Below are positions 38,847-52,264 of a DNA stretch of 64,000 bases, one piece after another (position 1 is the first letter of the stretch; each line of letters starts with the position of its first letter). This stretch comes from Tubulanus polymorphus (taxonomy: Eukaryota > Animalia > Nemertea): positions 2,502,075 through 2,566,074 of the forward strand of contig NC_134032.1 of assembly GCF_964204645.1 (NCBI RefSeq), written 5' to 3'. A program made the translations under genes and the position numbers. The notes below the pieces were generated by a model. The model did not search any database, was not told the DNA's origin, and worked only from the letters and a program-made list of their open reading frames with translations.

Positions 38847-41800
38847 ATGCCTCGCAAAAGAACTATTAAAGAATTGCATACAGATTATCCTGAGGTAACC
38901 ATCGTAAAATCTGGAAAAATGAAGCCTATTAAAGTTGTAAGAGAGAAACAAAAAGAACCGATGTTATACCTGGTCAAAGATGGTGTTTTTCAAAGCGTCA
39001 GTGGGCAGTCGGAAATAAAAGGAAATGTTCCTGATTCTGGCTCATCTAATTTAACTGAGCCTGAATCTTCGGACTATGAATCACTTGATCCAACTGATAG
39101 TAAGTCAATACTAATACACTCTTATTCAATCAAATGAATTCGTTGAGAGAAATCCATTTGTATGGTACATGTAATTTTTAGCTCGGCTGTGACCGAAGGT
39201 CAGTGGAGCTGATGGGTTAGAGTGATTATCTGTCGTCGTCCGTCCATTCCTCCATCAGCTTTTGCTTCAATTTGCTACTAGTGCTACAGTTCTTTTTTAA
39301 TCTTGACCAAACTTGGTATGAAGTGAAAATGGGCCAAGGGCTAAAAAGTTATGGAGCCGTTTTTCCGAATTTGATCTCTAGAGGGCGCTGTATGGGTGGC
39401 GCTTGTAAAATCTTTAAATCGCTTCTTGTCCAACAATTATAATCTCATCTTGACGAAACTGGGAATGTAGATACTACGGGCCAAGCACTAAAAAGTTATA
39501 GAGCCGTTTTCCGTTATAGAGCCGATCTCTTTGAACTCTTGAGTGCTGTGAAGGTGGTCCTTGTAAAATCTCATCATAAAACAGGGGGGGGGGACATTTT
39601 GTAGCAGCAATTTTTTTGCGTAGCTGTAGCTCATGAGATGTTCCATGATTGTGGTCAGTTTCAAGGTCATGACTCTCTGTTTTGTAATGTTCACCAGGGG
39701 GCATTGAATAGTGGAATAACGTATGATATTTCCATATTGCATGTTTTGTTACCACGATCAAAAGCAAAATTGTAGTTGCAAAAGGTCATTGATATCTGTA
39801 TTTTATAGATCGCCAGATTGTGGAGCCTTTCAACCAGCCAGTAGGCATGGTGCCCCCTAGTTAATTTGCCGGATGTTCCCATTAGGCATTGGTGATGGCA
39901 TTGTACTACTATAACTACATCTTGTTTTAAAATGATTGATCCAAATGAATATTCTTTTAACTCAAAAGGTCATTCTGAAAGTGCAACGAAAGGCAGTTAT
40001 GGTGATTATGGAAAGAGACGAGTGTCTGAAGTCCATGCGTGGGATGAGTTATCGGACAAGCTCACTGAATCTGCTCTGAAGCAGTACAAACCGATGTCGT
40101 TTGAATGTTTTATCTGCGAAAAAATCGAACAAGAGCCTTTTCGATGTGATGATTGTCATCCATTTGCTACATACTGTTTGGAATGCAGCATAAACTTACA
40201 TACATATTTGCCTTTCCATCGATTGAAGCAGTGGCAAGCTGTAAGTATTTATAGCCCATGTGGGACTCAAGTCCCAGGGGCCTAGCTTTCACTATTCAAC
40301 TGTCATATGTCCATTATTCTGTCAAGGCGAACTTTTGAAGACACTTAATTCAATTGTCTGTCCATATATTTGGCTTGCTAAAATCAGCTCTTTTGAAGTT
40401 TTCAAGGGAAATTTCTAATACACTTCATGGTCAATTGGTATATTTGGTCAAAATTTGTTCACTCAAGGTCTTTTTTTGCGTCTAAAAAGGTTGTTTTTTA
40501 TTTGAAATCTCATGTCTCTATCGCTTCTTTGCTTGGAAATATTGCACAAAATTTGACATTGGCACACATTGGAAATGTTTTTGAATAATAAGCTCACGCC
40601 AATACAAACCCTGGCCACAAACCCTTCATATGGTCTATTACATTGTCCATTTCTTGGCCAGACAGTGTCCGCCAGTCTATATTTCACTCCAGTCAATCAT
40701 ATGCGTGGTAATGATGTAGGACAAATCATGCATCTCTTTGGCTAGATATATAGACGGGTGGGCATTCAGTGTTAACCTCTCGGCCCACGAAATTTTGGGC
40801 GATGTAATAGACCAATGAAGGGTATACGGCCAGGGTTTGTGTTGACGGGAGCTTTAGCGGGCGGTAATCAAGCCCTGGCAAGTGAGGATGCCTGGATTCA
40901 GTGATAAAAATCGCCTATTGTGGGCCCTGCTTGGGTCCTAATTTTGCTGGAAAGTATTCTTTTTCAGTCAAGAAGTCCTTCCATTTGGGTCTAAAATTGC
41001 TGAAAAAGTCCTTAGTACTTCTTTTGGTCCTGGCCTTACCAGTGGAAACGTGAATGAATGGTAAAAACTCTACGTACATTGTATTTTATGATGTTTTTAT
41101 TTTGCACAGATGGATGGTTTTTTTAACCATGTGTGTCCTAGGGAGCCACCCCTCCTCAGCAGATTACCATGCAATTGTACCTTGATTGAAGAAAAAATTA
41201 TTACAGTCTTCGATTCTTATGGTATGTATAATTTGCTCAAGATTTAACTCTTGTTTTATAAATGACATTATCTGTCAGTAGGTTAAAATGCATGCCAGTA
41301 TCTGGATTTAGATCTAAAAAAGTAAATTTCTTTAACCAAACAGCAAGAATTCACCAGGACGGTTAAAATCAAAATCAACCATAATTTACTTAAGATTTAT
41401 TCACTGCTATGTTTGATATTGATTAATAGGTCGATGTGATGCGAAAAAAGTTCAGCACTGCGAATGTCAAAGTCTACCTATTGCTTTAACCAATCATCGT
41501 TTGTGGCCTGCATCTCCTTCCCAGCCAACATACGCTGCATCATTTGATTTTCTCAAACTTTTTACGACTCTCCAAATAGAAGGTCAGCTGTCAGCAAGAG
41601 CATTTGCAGACACGTATGCTGTGATGAACGCTTATTCGCTTGACCAGGTAAAGTAATACACCCCAAGTGCACATCTCCTGTCTATATTTCATTGTTAACT
41701 AAAATTTGATGTGCTTTGATGTTACGTAGGTCTCACAGTTGTATAGACTGCTGACAAGTGAGAGTCTGAGTAGATTTAGATTGATAACTTGTGAGGAATA

Positions 41801-44800
41801 TCTGTTGTCGAAATCTTACACTTATAAGCGGTGCTTGGCTTGTCCTGAGGTATGGCTTCTGGCTGCATTTCTGACACTGGTTTGCCATATAAAATAGACC
41901 CCGCCTTAACCGGTACCATTTGGACCTTCATTTAGATTGAATGGATTACCGGATAGGCAGAGTCTTCTGTATTCTGAAATATTTTTTGAAAATCAATTTT
42001 CATCTTCCTAGGATAATGGTAAACTTTTTGTGTCAGCTGATGCTAATTTTGGATTGGTTCGGAAAAAGAATGCAGGAAGGAGTTACTCTACCCCACAAAT
42101 CTTAAGACCAATATTTTTAGACCAAGGCAATGTAGATTCGTATGTTTTGAGATGTTGTGATACATCCAAACTTGATGATGGTGTAAATATTTTGGTTTTG
42201 AAAAAAATGGTTTTGATTGTATACAATATATATTAATATATTTAATTGAAATTGCCATTTGATTAATTTTTCCAGGAATGTAATAATTTCCAGGCAGGAA
42301 CAGACATCCGTGCCAAAAACAAAGCTGTCAATTTGGATTATACTGGTGTGATGGGTTTGGCATGTTCACGACATGAGATTCCACTAGCGATGCTAAATCT
42401 AAGGCACGGTGAAAGGTAATCTAGTTCTGTATCTTACATGTGCATATTTTGGAACCACAATCAATTGCAAATATGTAGCTCATGAAATCTTCTCTGATGA
42501 GTGCCAAGATCATTGGTTTCTGTGTATGTTCATTAGAGGCCATTGAATATTAAAATAGTCAATGATTTCATGGAGTCCTTGGATCCCTAGTTTTGATGTG
42601 TGAGAATGTGTTTGATTCATATTCCAGGCTCAGTTACGTTGTTTCGCTGTTGAATCATATGGTTGCAGAGCTGCAAGTTGAGCATAATCAATTAGAATTG
42701 GTAGTTATGTATGACATAGCTTGTGTATTGCAAAAATATCTAAAGGTAGATGCCATTTCTTAGTTATTGCCCATAGACCATGTTATTGAAACAATATCCC
42801 TAGTTCCCAAATGAGAATGGTTTCCCTGAACCCATTCTAACTACCACGTGCATTTGATATTTTTTCAGAAACCAGATATTTCAAGAATGTTGCCGGGTAA
42901 TCTCCAATTTGCCATTCCATTATTTCACTGCTATGGTCATCAAGCCAATTGTCAAGTATGGATCTAACCTAGGTTTAAGTTTTCTTCTGACTGGATCATT
43001 ATATTTATTTGAAAAAAAAAATGTTTTTTTATCTTTTATTATCGCTCAGACAAACTTAAGTCCACGTCGCTTGGAAAATTTTGGTTTGACGGATGGAGAA
43101 ACTATGGAACGATTTTGGTCTTATATCCGACGATTTGCTCTAATCACAAAGGAACAGACTCCAAATCGTAGGTTAGAGTTACTTACATTAGCAGCCCAGC
43201 ATTATACATGGAAGAAAATGAATAAAATTGGTAAGTAAATCCAGGATGGTATGGTTATCACATATTGATAATTTTGACATCATTTTTGTTTGTGGTTTCA
43301 GAATTCGCATTGTTTGAGCGGTTTAAGAGAGCAGATGTAGCTATAGAACAAGCAGAAAAGGAACTTGCCGATATATCATTGATAATTCCAGGTCTCGATT
43401 TGTCACCATGTATCTTATTTGCTAGAGGAATAAAGCTGAATTTACATGTATCTTTTCATTATTTTTAGAAATAGCTACTGGGAGAGATGATATCTTTGAA
43501 CAGTGGAATTTCCAGGAAAAGGTATCAGTGACTCATAAAAGAGATAAAGGTAAAAGTTATGGCATGGTGTTAACAAGTTTAACTCTTTCCATGTTGATCA
43601 TCATTAATGAAATTCCACTCAGCTGTGCTGGACCTTTTCGGGGTTGTGAACACGTGGCATTGAACTAAGTCAACACCCCAAAACCAATAATTTTCTGAAA
43701 GCTCATGAATGGTTATATGATACACTCTAGGGTTTGGGTCCATTGAGGGTCACGCTGACTTATTGACCTTTGAATTAGAAATCTGGGAAAAAATGGAGGT
43801 CACCTGCCATAAGTTACTAACAGCTTATTCGCTTGACTAGGTAAAGTAGGCACAGCAGTGGGCACAGCTTCGCCATCTAATAGTTCTATACTATAGTATA
43901 CCAGATACATGACTGAGATCTCATCCACTTGACAAACCAATAAAAATTGCCCTATAAACTTTTTTTCAATGAAATTATTTTAGATATATCCCTGGCAAAT
44001 GAGTTTGCCCACGACATCAGCTATAGTCATCTCATGAGGCGAAATATTTAACCCACGGTGTGGAAAGAGTTTTAAGGCCTGTTGTATTGATTATTTTTCT
44101 TTTTCAATATTAAGGAAACCCATCCTCATGGCAAGAAAAATACGTCAAGCTCTTGTCTACATACTACAGTGTCTGGTAAGTTATAGTAATTATGAGATAA
44201 ATCATCAGAGGTGCACTTATTAAGTACTTAAATGAAATATGAATGTAAATATATTTTTTTTCTCAGTACAATGATAAAGAGCTCTAATGATGGTGCCACA
44301 TGTATGACCCTTGTTAAAGAGAGAGATGAGTAAGTTGGAGTAACTACGTACATTGGTATTAGTTTTCAGCTTGTTTTCTGTCAGTTTTCATTATGGTGGC
44401 ATTGTGATGATACTGATACTGTTGTCTCGTTTAGACTGGATGCAAGACTTCAATCAATTGAAAATATTCGGAATCTCACTCGATGGTCCAGTTCTCAATA
44501 CGAATACATCAATCTAATGGAAGCAATGAATGACAGGAAACGTTGTGCATATCTTCGACAAATGCGAACCTTAGCATGTGAGATGAAGGTTCTTGATAAA
44601 GCTTCAAAAAAACATGCAGGTGAAACTGCCATCCCATGTGACATAATTGCTACATTGTCATTCCTCCCTTGTAAATCCCTTCAGAACAGACATAACTCAT
44701 GTATATACCCCACTAAATTTTAGGTGGCCAGAAAATTGCAAGTCGTCTGATCAAGCAGCGGAAGCGGGTTGTGAAAAGTATAAAAAAGGCCATTAACTTG

Positions 44801-45316
44801 TACAATTGTCTGACTGCGGATATCAACAGAATTAGTTCTAAAGATGCTCTGAATCTCGAAAGCACAATTTACCAGCCATTGTCTAACGAGGTTGGTCTTT
44901 ATTCTTCTCGGTGGAGCTTGCTACAAAATTTTTCTCGTATTTGATTTCCTGTCTTGTTCTTCCTTTAGATGTCAGCTTTAACTACAATGCAACGTAAAGC
45001 CTTAGGCAGTTGGTTTACTCTGAAAAGGTCGATAGAAGAAAAGCAAATGGTTCAGGTTGAACTTTCTCATGTGATACAGAATTTAGAGATTCAACGAGCT
45101 GATCTTCTTGCTGCCAGGGAAGATGACGATGCAGATCAGGGACTTAAGAGTTTGATATATGAAAAACTGAAGTTCCTTCATAAACGCATTTCCTCGTGTC
45201 AAGAAATATACTCAAATTTAGTGGAAAAACAAACTGCTGAACCGGAAGATTCCAATTCCGCACTGTATACTTTTGATTCTGATGATCAAGAGTCTGACAC
45301 AGAAGTAGTTGTTTAA
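38847..45316 (+). CDS. KDZ (Kyakuja/Dileera-like) transposase with N-terminal CxC cysteine cluster, 17 exons, ~888 aa
   Basis: Exons 38847-39099, 39969-40240, 41110-41221, 41430-41647, 41730-41849, 42012-42182, 42276-42415, 42628-42745, 42869-42955, 43050-43230, 43302-43391, 43469-43549, 44115-44175, 44267-44329, 44435-44619, 44724-44890, 44969-45316 join in frame (2667 nt, all GT-AG). Motifs RCDDC..CLEC..LH..FH, LWPASP, CLACP, SADANF, TGVMGLACSRH, HGERLSY, MYDIAC, FHCYGHQANCQ, GLTDGETMERFWS. Confidence 0.9.
39176..39862 (+). mobile_element. Non-autonomous Helentron-like (HINE/DINE-type) element in intron 1
   Basis: 5' tttttagctc..hairpin, gtcgtccgtcc tract, caccagggggc core, 3' ggcatggtgccccctagtt. 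Confidence 0.65.
43583..44069. mobile_element. Intronic MITE, piggyBac-like ends
   Basis: ttaa|ctctttcca ... tggaaagag|ttttaa. Confidence 0.5.
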
Positions 45317-45839
45317 TTTTGAATTTAGGCCACACAAATTTGGAATTTAGGCCACAGAAAAGAAAACTCGCGCCCGACTGACCCGATATTTCGTCGTTTC
45401 AAATAATCATTTTCAGAATAAGATATAATTGCCTATCGACCCTTTTTCAAAATTTTGGGTGAAATAACTTTTTTCAAAAATATATTTGGCCGACCGACTA
45501 CCAAACTCCTTTCTCGTAATTTTTTTTTTTTTAAATCAAATCATTATATCGGCACAGATCATTATCAAAAAATATTTTATTACATCGGATGTTACAAATT
45601 TGATTGGAAATGGTGCAGCCATGGAAATGGTGCAGCCATGGAAATGGTGCAGCCATGCTCAGACAACTTTGCTAATCGGACATTGATGGCGACCTTGGAT
45701 TGTAAAATTAAAATTCCCGGAATTCCGTGAAATATGTTCAAAATATAATTTTTTATAGGTAATTATACAAACACCTCAATTTCCTTTTATTATTGTGGTC
45801 TACTAGCTGTTGATCATATTCCTGACTAAAAATTTGAAC

Positions 45840-47312
45840 TTTTTGAGGGAAATTTTTAAGACGCTTTGATCAATTACCTTGATCTTTCGGATGTATGTGT
45901 ATCTTCCCAGGGCCCATCAGCATAACAAAAATTGGGTCGATCGGACTCAAGATGGCCGTCCTATGACCTTTTTAGTGCCCAAAAATGTAAATTTTGGCCC
46001 AAATTCTGAGCCCTGTAGCTTCCTACTGGTTTGCCATTTCTCAATTTGCAATTTGTGATGGGTATTCTTTGGAAAGGGATGTTTTAAGACCTGAGACAGT
46101 TATTTTTCATCAGCCAATTATGACGCAATTGGCAGCCATCTTGGTGTCGCCAGTACTCATTTGTAAGTGGGAAAAAGTTTTTCCACATTATATTGATACC
46201 TAAGCGTATTTTGATACCACAATCAATTAGAAAGTTGTAGCTCATAACGTGTTCTATGATTGTGGTGAGTTTCAAGGTCATTGGATTTTGTCAATGACCA
46301 CCAGGGGGCGTTGAATAATACAATATCTTAGCATTTCTTTATTATATTCGTACCTATGCATATTTTGTAACCACAATCAATTGGAAAGTTATAGCTCATG
46401 ACATCATCTATTATTGTTGAGAGTTTTAAGGACATTAGTTATTCTATATGGTCACCAGGGGGCGTTGAATAGTAGAATAACTTAGTATTTCCTTATTATA
46501 TTGGTACTTAGGCGTATTTTGTTATCATGATCACTTGCAAAGTTGTAGTTCATGACATGTTCTATGATTGTGGTGAGTTTCGAGGTCATTGGGTTTTGAA
46601 TATAGTCACCAGGGGGCGTTGAATAGTAGAATAACTTAGTATTTCCATATTAGATTGGTAACAAGGCATATTTAGTTATCACAATCAATTACAAAATTGT
46701 AGCTGCTGACATGTTCTATGATTGTGATGAGTTTCAAGGTCATTGGTTTTTGTATATGGTCACCAGGGGGCGTTGAATAGTAGAATAACTTAGTATTTCC
46801 ATATTAGATTGGTAACAAGGCATATTTAGTTATCACAATCAATTACAAAATTGTAGCTGCTGACATGTTCTATGATTGTGATGAGTTTCAAGGTCATTGG
46901 TTTTTGTATATGGTCACCAGGGGGCGTTGAATAGTAGAATAACTTAGTATTTCCATATTAGATTGGTAACAAGGCATATTTAGTTATCACAATCAATTAC
47001 AAAATTGTAGCTGCTGACATGTTCTATGATTGTGATGAGTTTCAAGGTCATTGGTTTTTGTATATGGTCACCAGGGGGCGTTGAATAGTAGAATAACTTA
47101 GTATTTCCATATTAGATTGGTAACAAGGCATATTTAGTTATCACAATCAATTACAAAATTGTAGCTGCTGACATGTTCTATGATTGTGATGAGTTTCAAG
47201 GTCATTGGTTTTTGTATATGGTCACCAGGGGGCGTTGAATATTGAAATTGTTAGATTGTTGAGCATTTGGAACCACTTCCCAAGTGGGCATGGTGTCCCT
47301 GGACCCCTAGTT
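45840..47312 (+). mobile_element. 5'-truncated HINE-type element with an internal 154-bp tandem array (~7 units)
   Basis: agggggcgttgaata at 46303, 46457, 46611, 46765, 46919, 47073, 47227; 3' end tcccaagtgggcatggtgtccctggacccctagtt. Confidence 0.8.
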
Positions 47313-47858
47313 TTCAATCTCTGTTCATCCACTACTGTTCCCCTGTGAATTTGGAACAATATTTTTGCAAATATGTCCTGGCCAGCTTCAGTATTGATTT
47401 CTTTTCAATGGAAATTATAAATTATATCAAATGTGTTTTTAAGTATTTTTCTGAATTTTTGCATCAAATTATTGAATAAAAAACTCATGTACATCAGATT
47501 TTATTAACATAGAGTAAAATTTATAATAATTTATATTGTGATATATTTTGGCTAGAAATGCGATGTTTGTTTTTATTAGTCTATGCCTGTATGCGTGGTA
47601 TGCTAGTGTAATGATATATGAATATTTATATAATATGTGTATGTGTGTAATTATCGTGTTCATGAATAAATAGATATGTGACGCTAAACGTTCATTTGTC
47701 ATTCACAATACATTGAAGATGATTTCGTTGTTCGTTATTTCTTTGAATATAATACGTGGATGAGCCGGCTAGATCTATTTTGTGGTATTTTGGATTGAAA
47801 ATGATCTTCAAAAACCAGGAGGCCCGTAGAGTCGAACAACAACAACAACAGCAACAAC

Positions 47859-50303
47859 GAAACTTCTATTTCACGCTTAAAATAGTCGAAAAATGTGGAT
47901 ATTGATGATTGTTTAATGTTTTCTGCCTGCTTGGTCGTTCTTGTCTCAGTATGTTTCTGGTGAATTGCGAATATGGTTATATATTAGCAGTTGCGCGTTT
48001 CTGATATCGTCGTTCAAACAAGAACGACCAACAATGAGAAATTGATCGAAACTTCTATTTCACGCTAAATATAGTCGAAAAATGTGGATATTGATGATTG
48101 TTTAATGTTTGCTGTCTGCTTGGTCGTTCTTGTCTCAGTATGTTTCTGGTGAATTGCGAATATGGTTATATATTAGCAGTTGCGCGTTTCTGATATCGTC
48201 GTTCAAACAAGAACGACCAACAATGAGAAATTGATCGAAACTTCTATTTCACGCTAAATATAGTCGAAAAATGTGGATATCGATGATTGTTTAATGTTTT
48301 CTGCCTGCTTGGTCGTTCTTGTCTCAGTATGTTTCTGGTGAATTGCGAATATGGTTATATATTAGCAGTTGCGCGTTTCTGATATCGTCGTTCAAACAAG
48401 AACGACCAACAATGAGAAATTGATCGAAACTTCTATTTCACGCTAAATATAGTCGAAAAATGTGGATATTGATGATTGTTTAATGTTTTCTGCCTGCTTG
48501 GTCGTTCTTGTCTCAGTATGTTTCTGGTGAATTGCGAATATGGTTATATATTAGCATTTGCGCGTTTCTGATATCGTCGTTCAAACAAGAACGACCAACA
48601 ATGAAAAATTGATCGAAACTTCTATTTCACGCTAAATATAGTCGAAAAATGTGGATATCGATGATTGTTTAATGTTTGCTGTCTGCTTGGTCGTTCTTGT
48701 CTCAGTATGTTTCTGGTGAATTGCGAATATGGTTATATATTAGCAGTTGCGCGTTTCTGATATCGTCGTTCAAACAAGAACGACCAACAATGAGAAATTG
48801 ATCGAAACTTCTATTTCACGCTAAATATAGTCGAAAAATGTGGATATCGATGATTGTTTAATGTTTTCTGCCTGCTTGGTCGTTCTTGTCTCAGTATGTT
48901 TCTGGTGAATTGCGAATATGGTTATATATTAGCATTTGCGCGTTTCTGATATCGTCGTTCAAACAAGAACGACCAACAATGAGAAATTGATCGAAACTTC
49001 TATTTCACGCTAAATATAGTCGAAAAATGTGGATATCGATGATTGTTTAATGTTTTCTGCCTGCTTGGTCGTTCTTGTCTCAGTATGTTTCTGGTGAATT
49101 GCGAATATGGTTATATATTAGCATTTGCGCGTTTCTGATATCGTCGTTCAAACAAGAACGACCAACAATGAGAAATTGATCGAAACTTCTATTTCACGCT
49201 AAATATAGTCGAAAAATGTGGATATTGATGATTGTTTAATGTTTTCTGCCTGCTTGGTCGTTCTTGTCTCAGTATGTTTCTGGTGAATTGCGAATATGGT
49301 TATATATTAGCATTTGCGCGTTTCTGATATCGTCGTTCAAACAAGAACGACCAACAATGAGAAATTGATCGAAACTTCTATTTCACGCTAAATATAGTCG
49401 AAAAATGTGGATATTGATGATTGTTTAATGTTTTCTGCCTGCTTGGTCGTTCTTGTCTCAGTATGTTTCTGGTGAATTGCGAATATGGTTATATATTAGC
49501 AGTTGCGCGTTTCTGATATCGTCGTTCAAACAAGAACGGTGGACCAACAATGAGAAATTGATCGAAACTTCTATTTCACGCTAAATATAGTCGAAAAATG
49601 TGGATATCGATGATTGTTTAATGTTTTCTGCCTGCTTGGTCGTTCTTGTCTCAGTATGTTTCTGGTGAATTGCGAATATGGTTATATATTAGCATTTGCG
49701 CGTTTCTGATATCGTCGTTCAAACAAGAACGACCAACAATGAAAAATTGATCGAAACTTCTATTTCACGCTAAATATAGTCGAAAAATGTGGATATCGAT
49801 GATTGTTTAATGTTTGCTGTCTGCTTGGTCGTTCTTGTCTCAGTATGTTTCTGGTGAATTGCGAATATGGTTATATATTAGCAGTTGCGCGTTTCTGATA
49901 TCGTCGTTCAAACAAGAACGACCAACAATGAGAAATTTATCGAAACTTCTATTTCACGCTAAATATAGTCGAAAAATGTGGATATTGATGATTGTTTAAT
50001 GTTTTCTGCCTGCTTGGTCGTTCTTGTCTCAGTATGTTTCTGGTGAATTGCGAATATGGTTATATATTAGCAGTTGCGCGTTTCTGATATCGTCGTTCAA
50101 ACAAGAACGACCAACAATGAAAAATTGATCGAAACTTCTATTTCACGCTAAATATAGTCGAAAAATGTGGATATTGATGATTGTTTAATGTTTTCTGCCT
50201 GCTTGGTCGTTCTTGTCTCAGTATGTTTCTGGTGAATTGCGAATATGGTTATATATTAGCAGTTGCGCGTTTCTGATATCGTCGTTCAAATAAGAACGAC
50301 CAC
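47859..50303. repeat. 189-bp tandem array, 13 near-identical copies
   Basis: gaaacttctatttcacgct recurs every 189 bp (one 4-bp insertion near 49539); each unit has a 14-bp IR ttggtcgttcttgt / acaagaacgaccaa. Confidence 0.97.
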
Positions 50304-50436
50304 TATAATTACTATAATAATCGTGGTGACGTACTTGCTTCGTATTTTGTTTTAAACTTCATCGAGTGTTTGAAGCGATGACGTTTGTGAAATACAATGA
50401 TTTTGATTATAATCTAAAATCGTACGGTCCAGGCAA

Positions 50437-50448
50437 TGCGCATGCGCA
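50437..50448. promoter_or_regulatory. NRF1/Ewg-type palindrome TGCGCATGCGCA
   Basis: Exact motif ~135 bp upstream of ATG 50583. Confidence 0.4.
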
Positions 50449-50582
50449 TGCACAACACGGGTGCGTCAAGAGTAACATCTAACATCAGCTCTCTTTTATC
50501 ATACTCGAAGCGACGATACGATCCAATTCTTTTCTTTCTATAAATTATATCAATTATATCAACTGAACGCATCTGCATCGTG

Positions 50583-52264
50583 ATGGCTGAATGTCTAGGC
50601 GTGGATCTGGATGCAAGTAGCGATATTAGTGGAATAGAACCATTCGATGTAAGTGATGAAGACGATAGTGACAAAGAACAAGGCCGGCAGAAGAAAGTCG
50701 GCAGTGAAACCCCGATCCTCGGTACGCCCGTTGAAACAGATGGGCTCCGACTCAACAACCAGTACCCGGCCAACAAGCTTACTGGAGCTGCTGTAAAAGG
50801 TCGTAATTGTTTAAATTTATATACTGTCAAGGCATAGCTGTAGGACTTGGTATTAGCTGATCTGATGTCAATGATAAGTAAGAAACCTCTTTATTTACTT
50901 CGCACAGAGTCAGAGAGAATACGAGTGGGATTTGCGTATGTTCGTAAGTTTCCTCCCAGATGTATGGGTGTGATAAATGTAGCGGAAAATACACAGGCCC
51001 AAAAACAGATCTGTGGACTACATGATATTCCACCAACATGCCCCTATGGAAGTGGGGATCTGGTCGTTGAAATACACGGAAATGGCTATGGTTATTTGTA
51101 AGTATGGACAATAAATCCTCTTATCAACCAAAATTCTTATCTTACCTGTACTAAACTATCTTCTAATTGAATATCTTTCTTTTCAGCTTTTATACTCATG
51201 AATTTCAAGAATTTCTTCCCTCCTGCCCAATTATTGGCGAAATTGATACGATTAGACGCGTGGAAGCTCTGCGGTTAAAGTATGGTGGAGCATTGCCAAT
51301 TGGGCCATGGCCAATGGAGGAAGTTAAAGAACATGCAAAATCGATTATACCATTGTTTATGGAAAAAAAAGCAATTGGACTTAAGCCCTCCCTAAATATT
51401 GGACTTCATTTCCTCGCATGGAAGTATGATTCGATTAGTTTCGAAGAACAGTGGAATATTCATGTCGACCAATTAAAAAAGCTCAAGCAGCAACAGGACA
51501 TCGAAGAAAATGTATCTGTAAAACGTGTTGATGTTACGACAACTTTGTCCAGGCGTAAAAGTAATAGACGTCGTGTTGTTTCCGTTCTAAAAAGTGACGT
51601 TAGCGAAAAGAACCAGGACTCGTCATCAGTTATTGCGCCCGATACAGCTACAGTATTATGTAAAAAAGTAGACAGTGGATATGAATGTTCGGTGTGCGGC
51701 AGAATTTTTGGCAATAAATCAAATTTTAATCGTCATTCAAGAATACATTGCAAAGAACTGAAATTTTCATGCGAGATATGCGGTAAAAGCTTTACCGATA
51801 AGAGCAATTTGAACGTTCATGTTAAAAGACATGTGCCAAAAGGACAATATGCTTGCAATATTTGTGGATTAAGATTTATGTCTAGAGGCAACCTGACTGA
51901 CCATAAAAAGCGTCACACTTCTGAAAAAGTTGTTATTGCTGATCGATGTATTTTGCCTTACTGCAAAAAGTATGGTGAAAAATTTAAAGATCTCCTTCAG
52001 CATGCTCGACAAATGCATAAACTAGATACGATATGTGCCTATAACGAAGCGGTTAAAAAAAGTATTGACAAAAAATTAGGTAGTTCGAGTACCACCACAA
52101 ATTGCCATTGTCCGAACCATGATATCTGGATATACCGTTGGGTTGGCAGCAATCATAATTGTTATCTATGTGAGTGTCCTATGAAATTTACTCGCATATT
52201 CCACGAGGAGAAGAAAGCACATATTTGGACACGTACTTGTCGCTATTCTTCTCATTTGTTTTGA
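50583..52264 (+). CDS. C2H2 zinc-finger protein, 3 exons, ~494 aa
   Basis: Exons 50583-50799, 50908-51097 and 51187-52264 join in frame; three canonical fingers (CSVC..H..H, CEIC.., CNIC..), one atypical finger and a Cys/His-rich tail. Confidence 0.85.

Noticed and set aside
47859-50303. CRISPR-like array or coding repeat (189 = 63 codons; internal palindrome)
   Set aside because: No unique spacers, no cas genes, eukaryotic context, and stops recur in the units. The 49-bp and 154-bp arrays likewise lack spacers.
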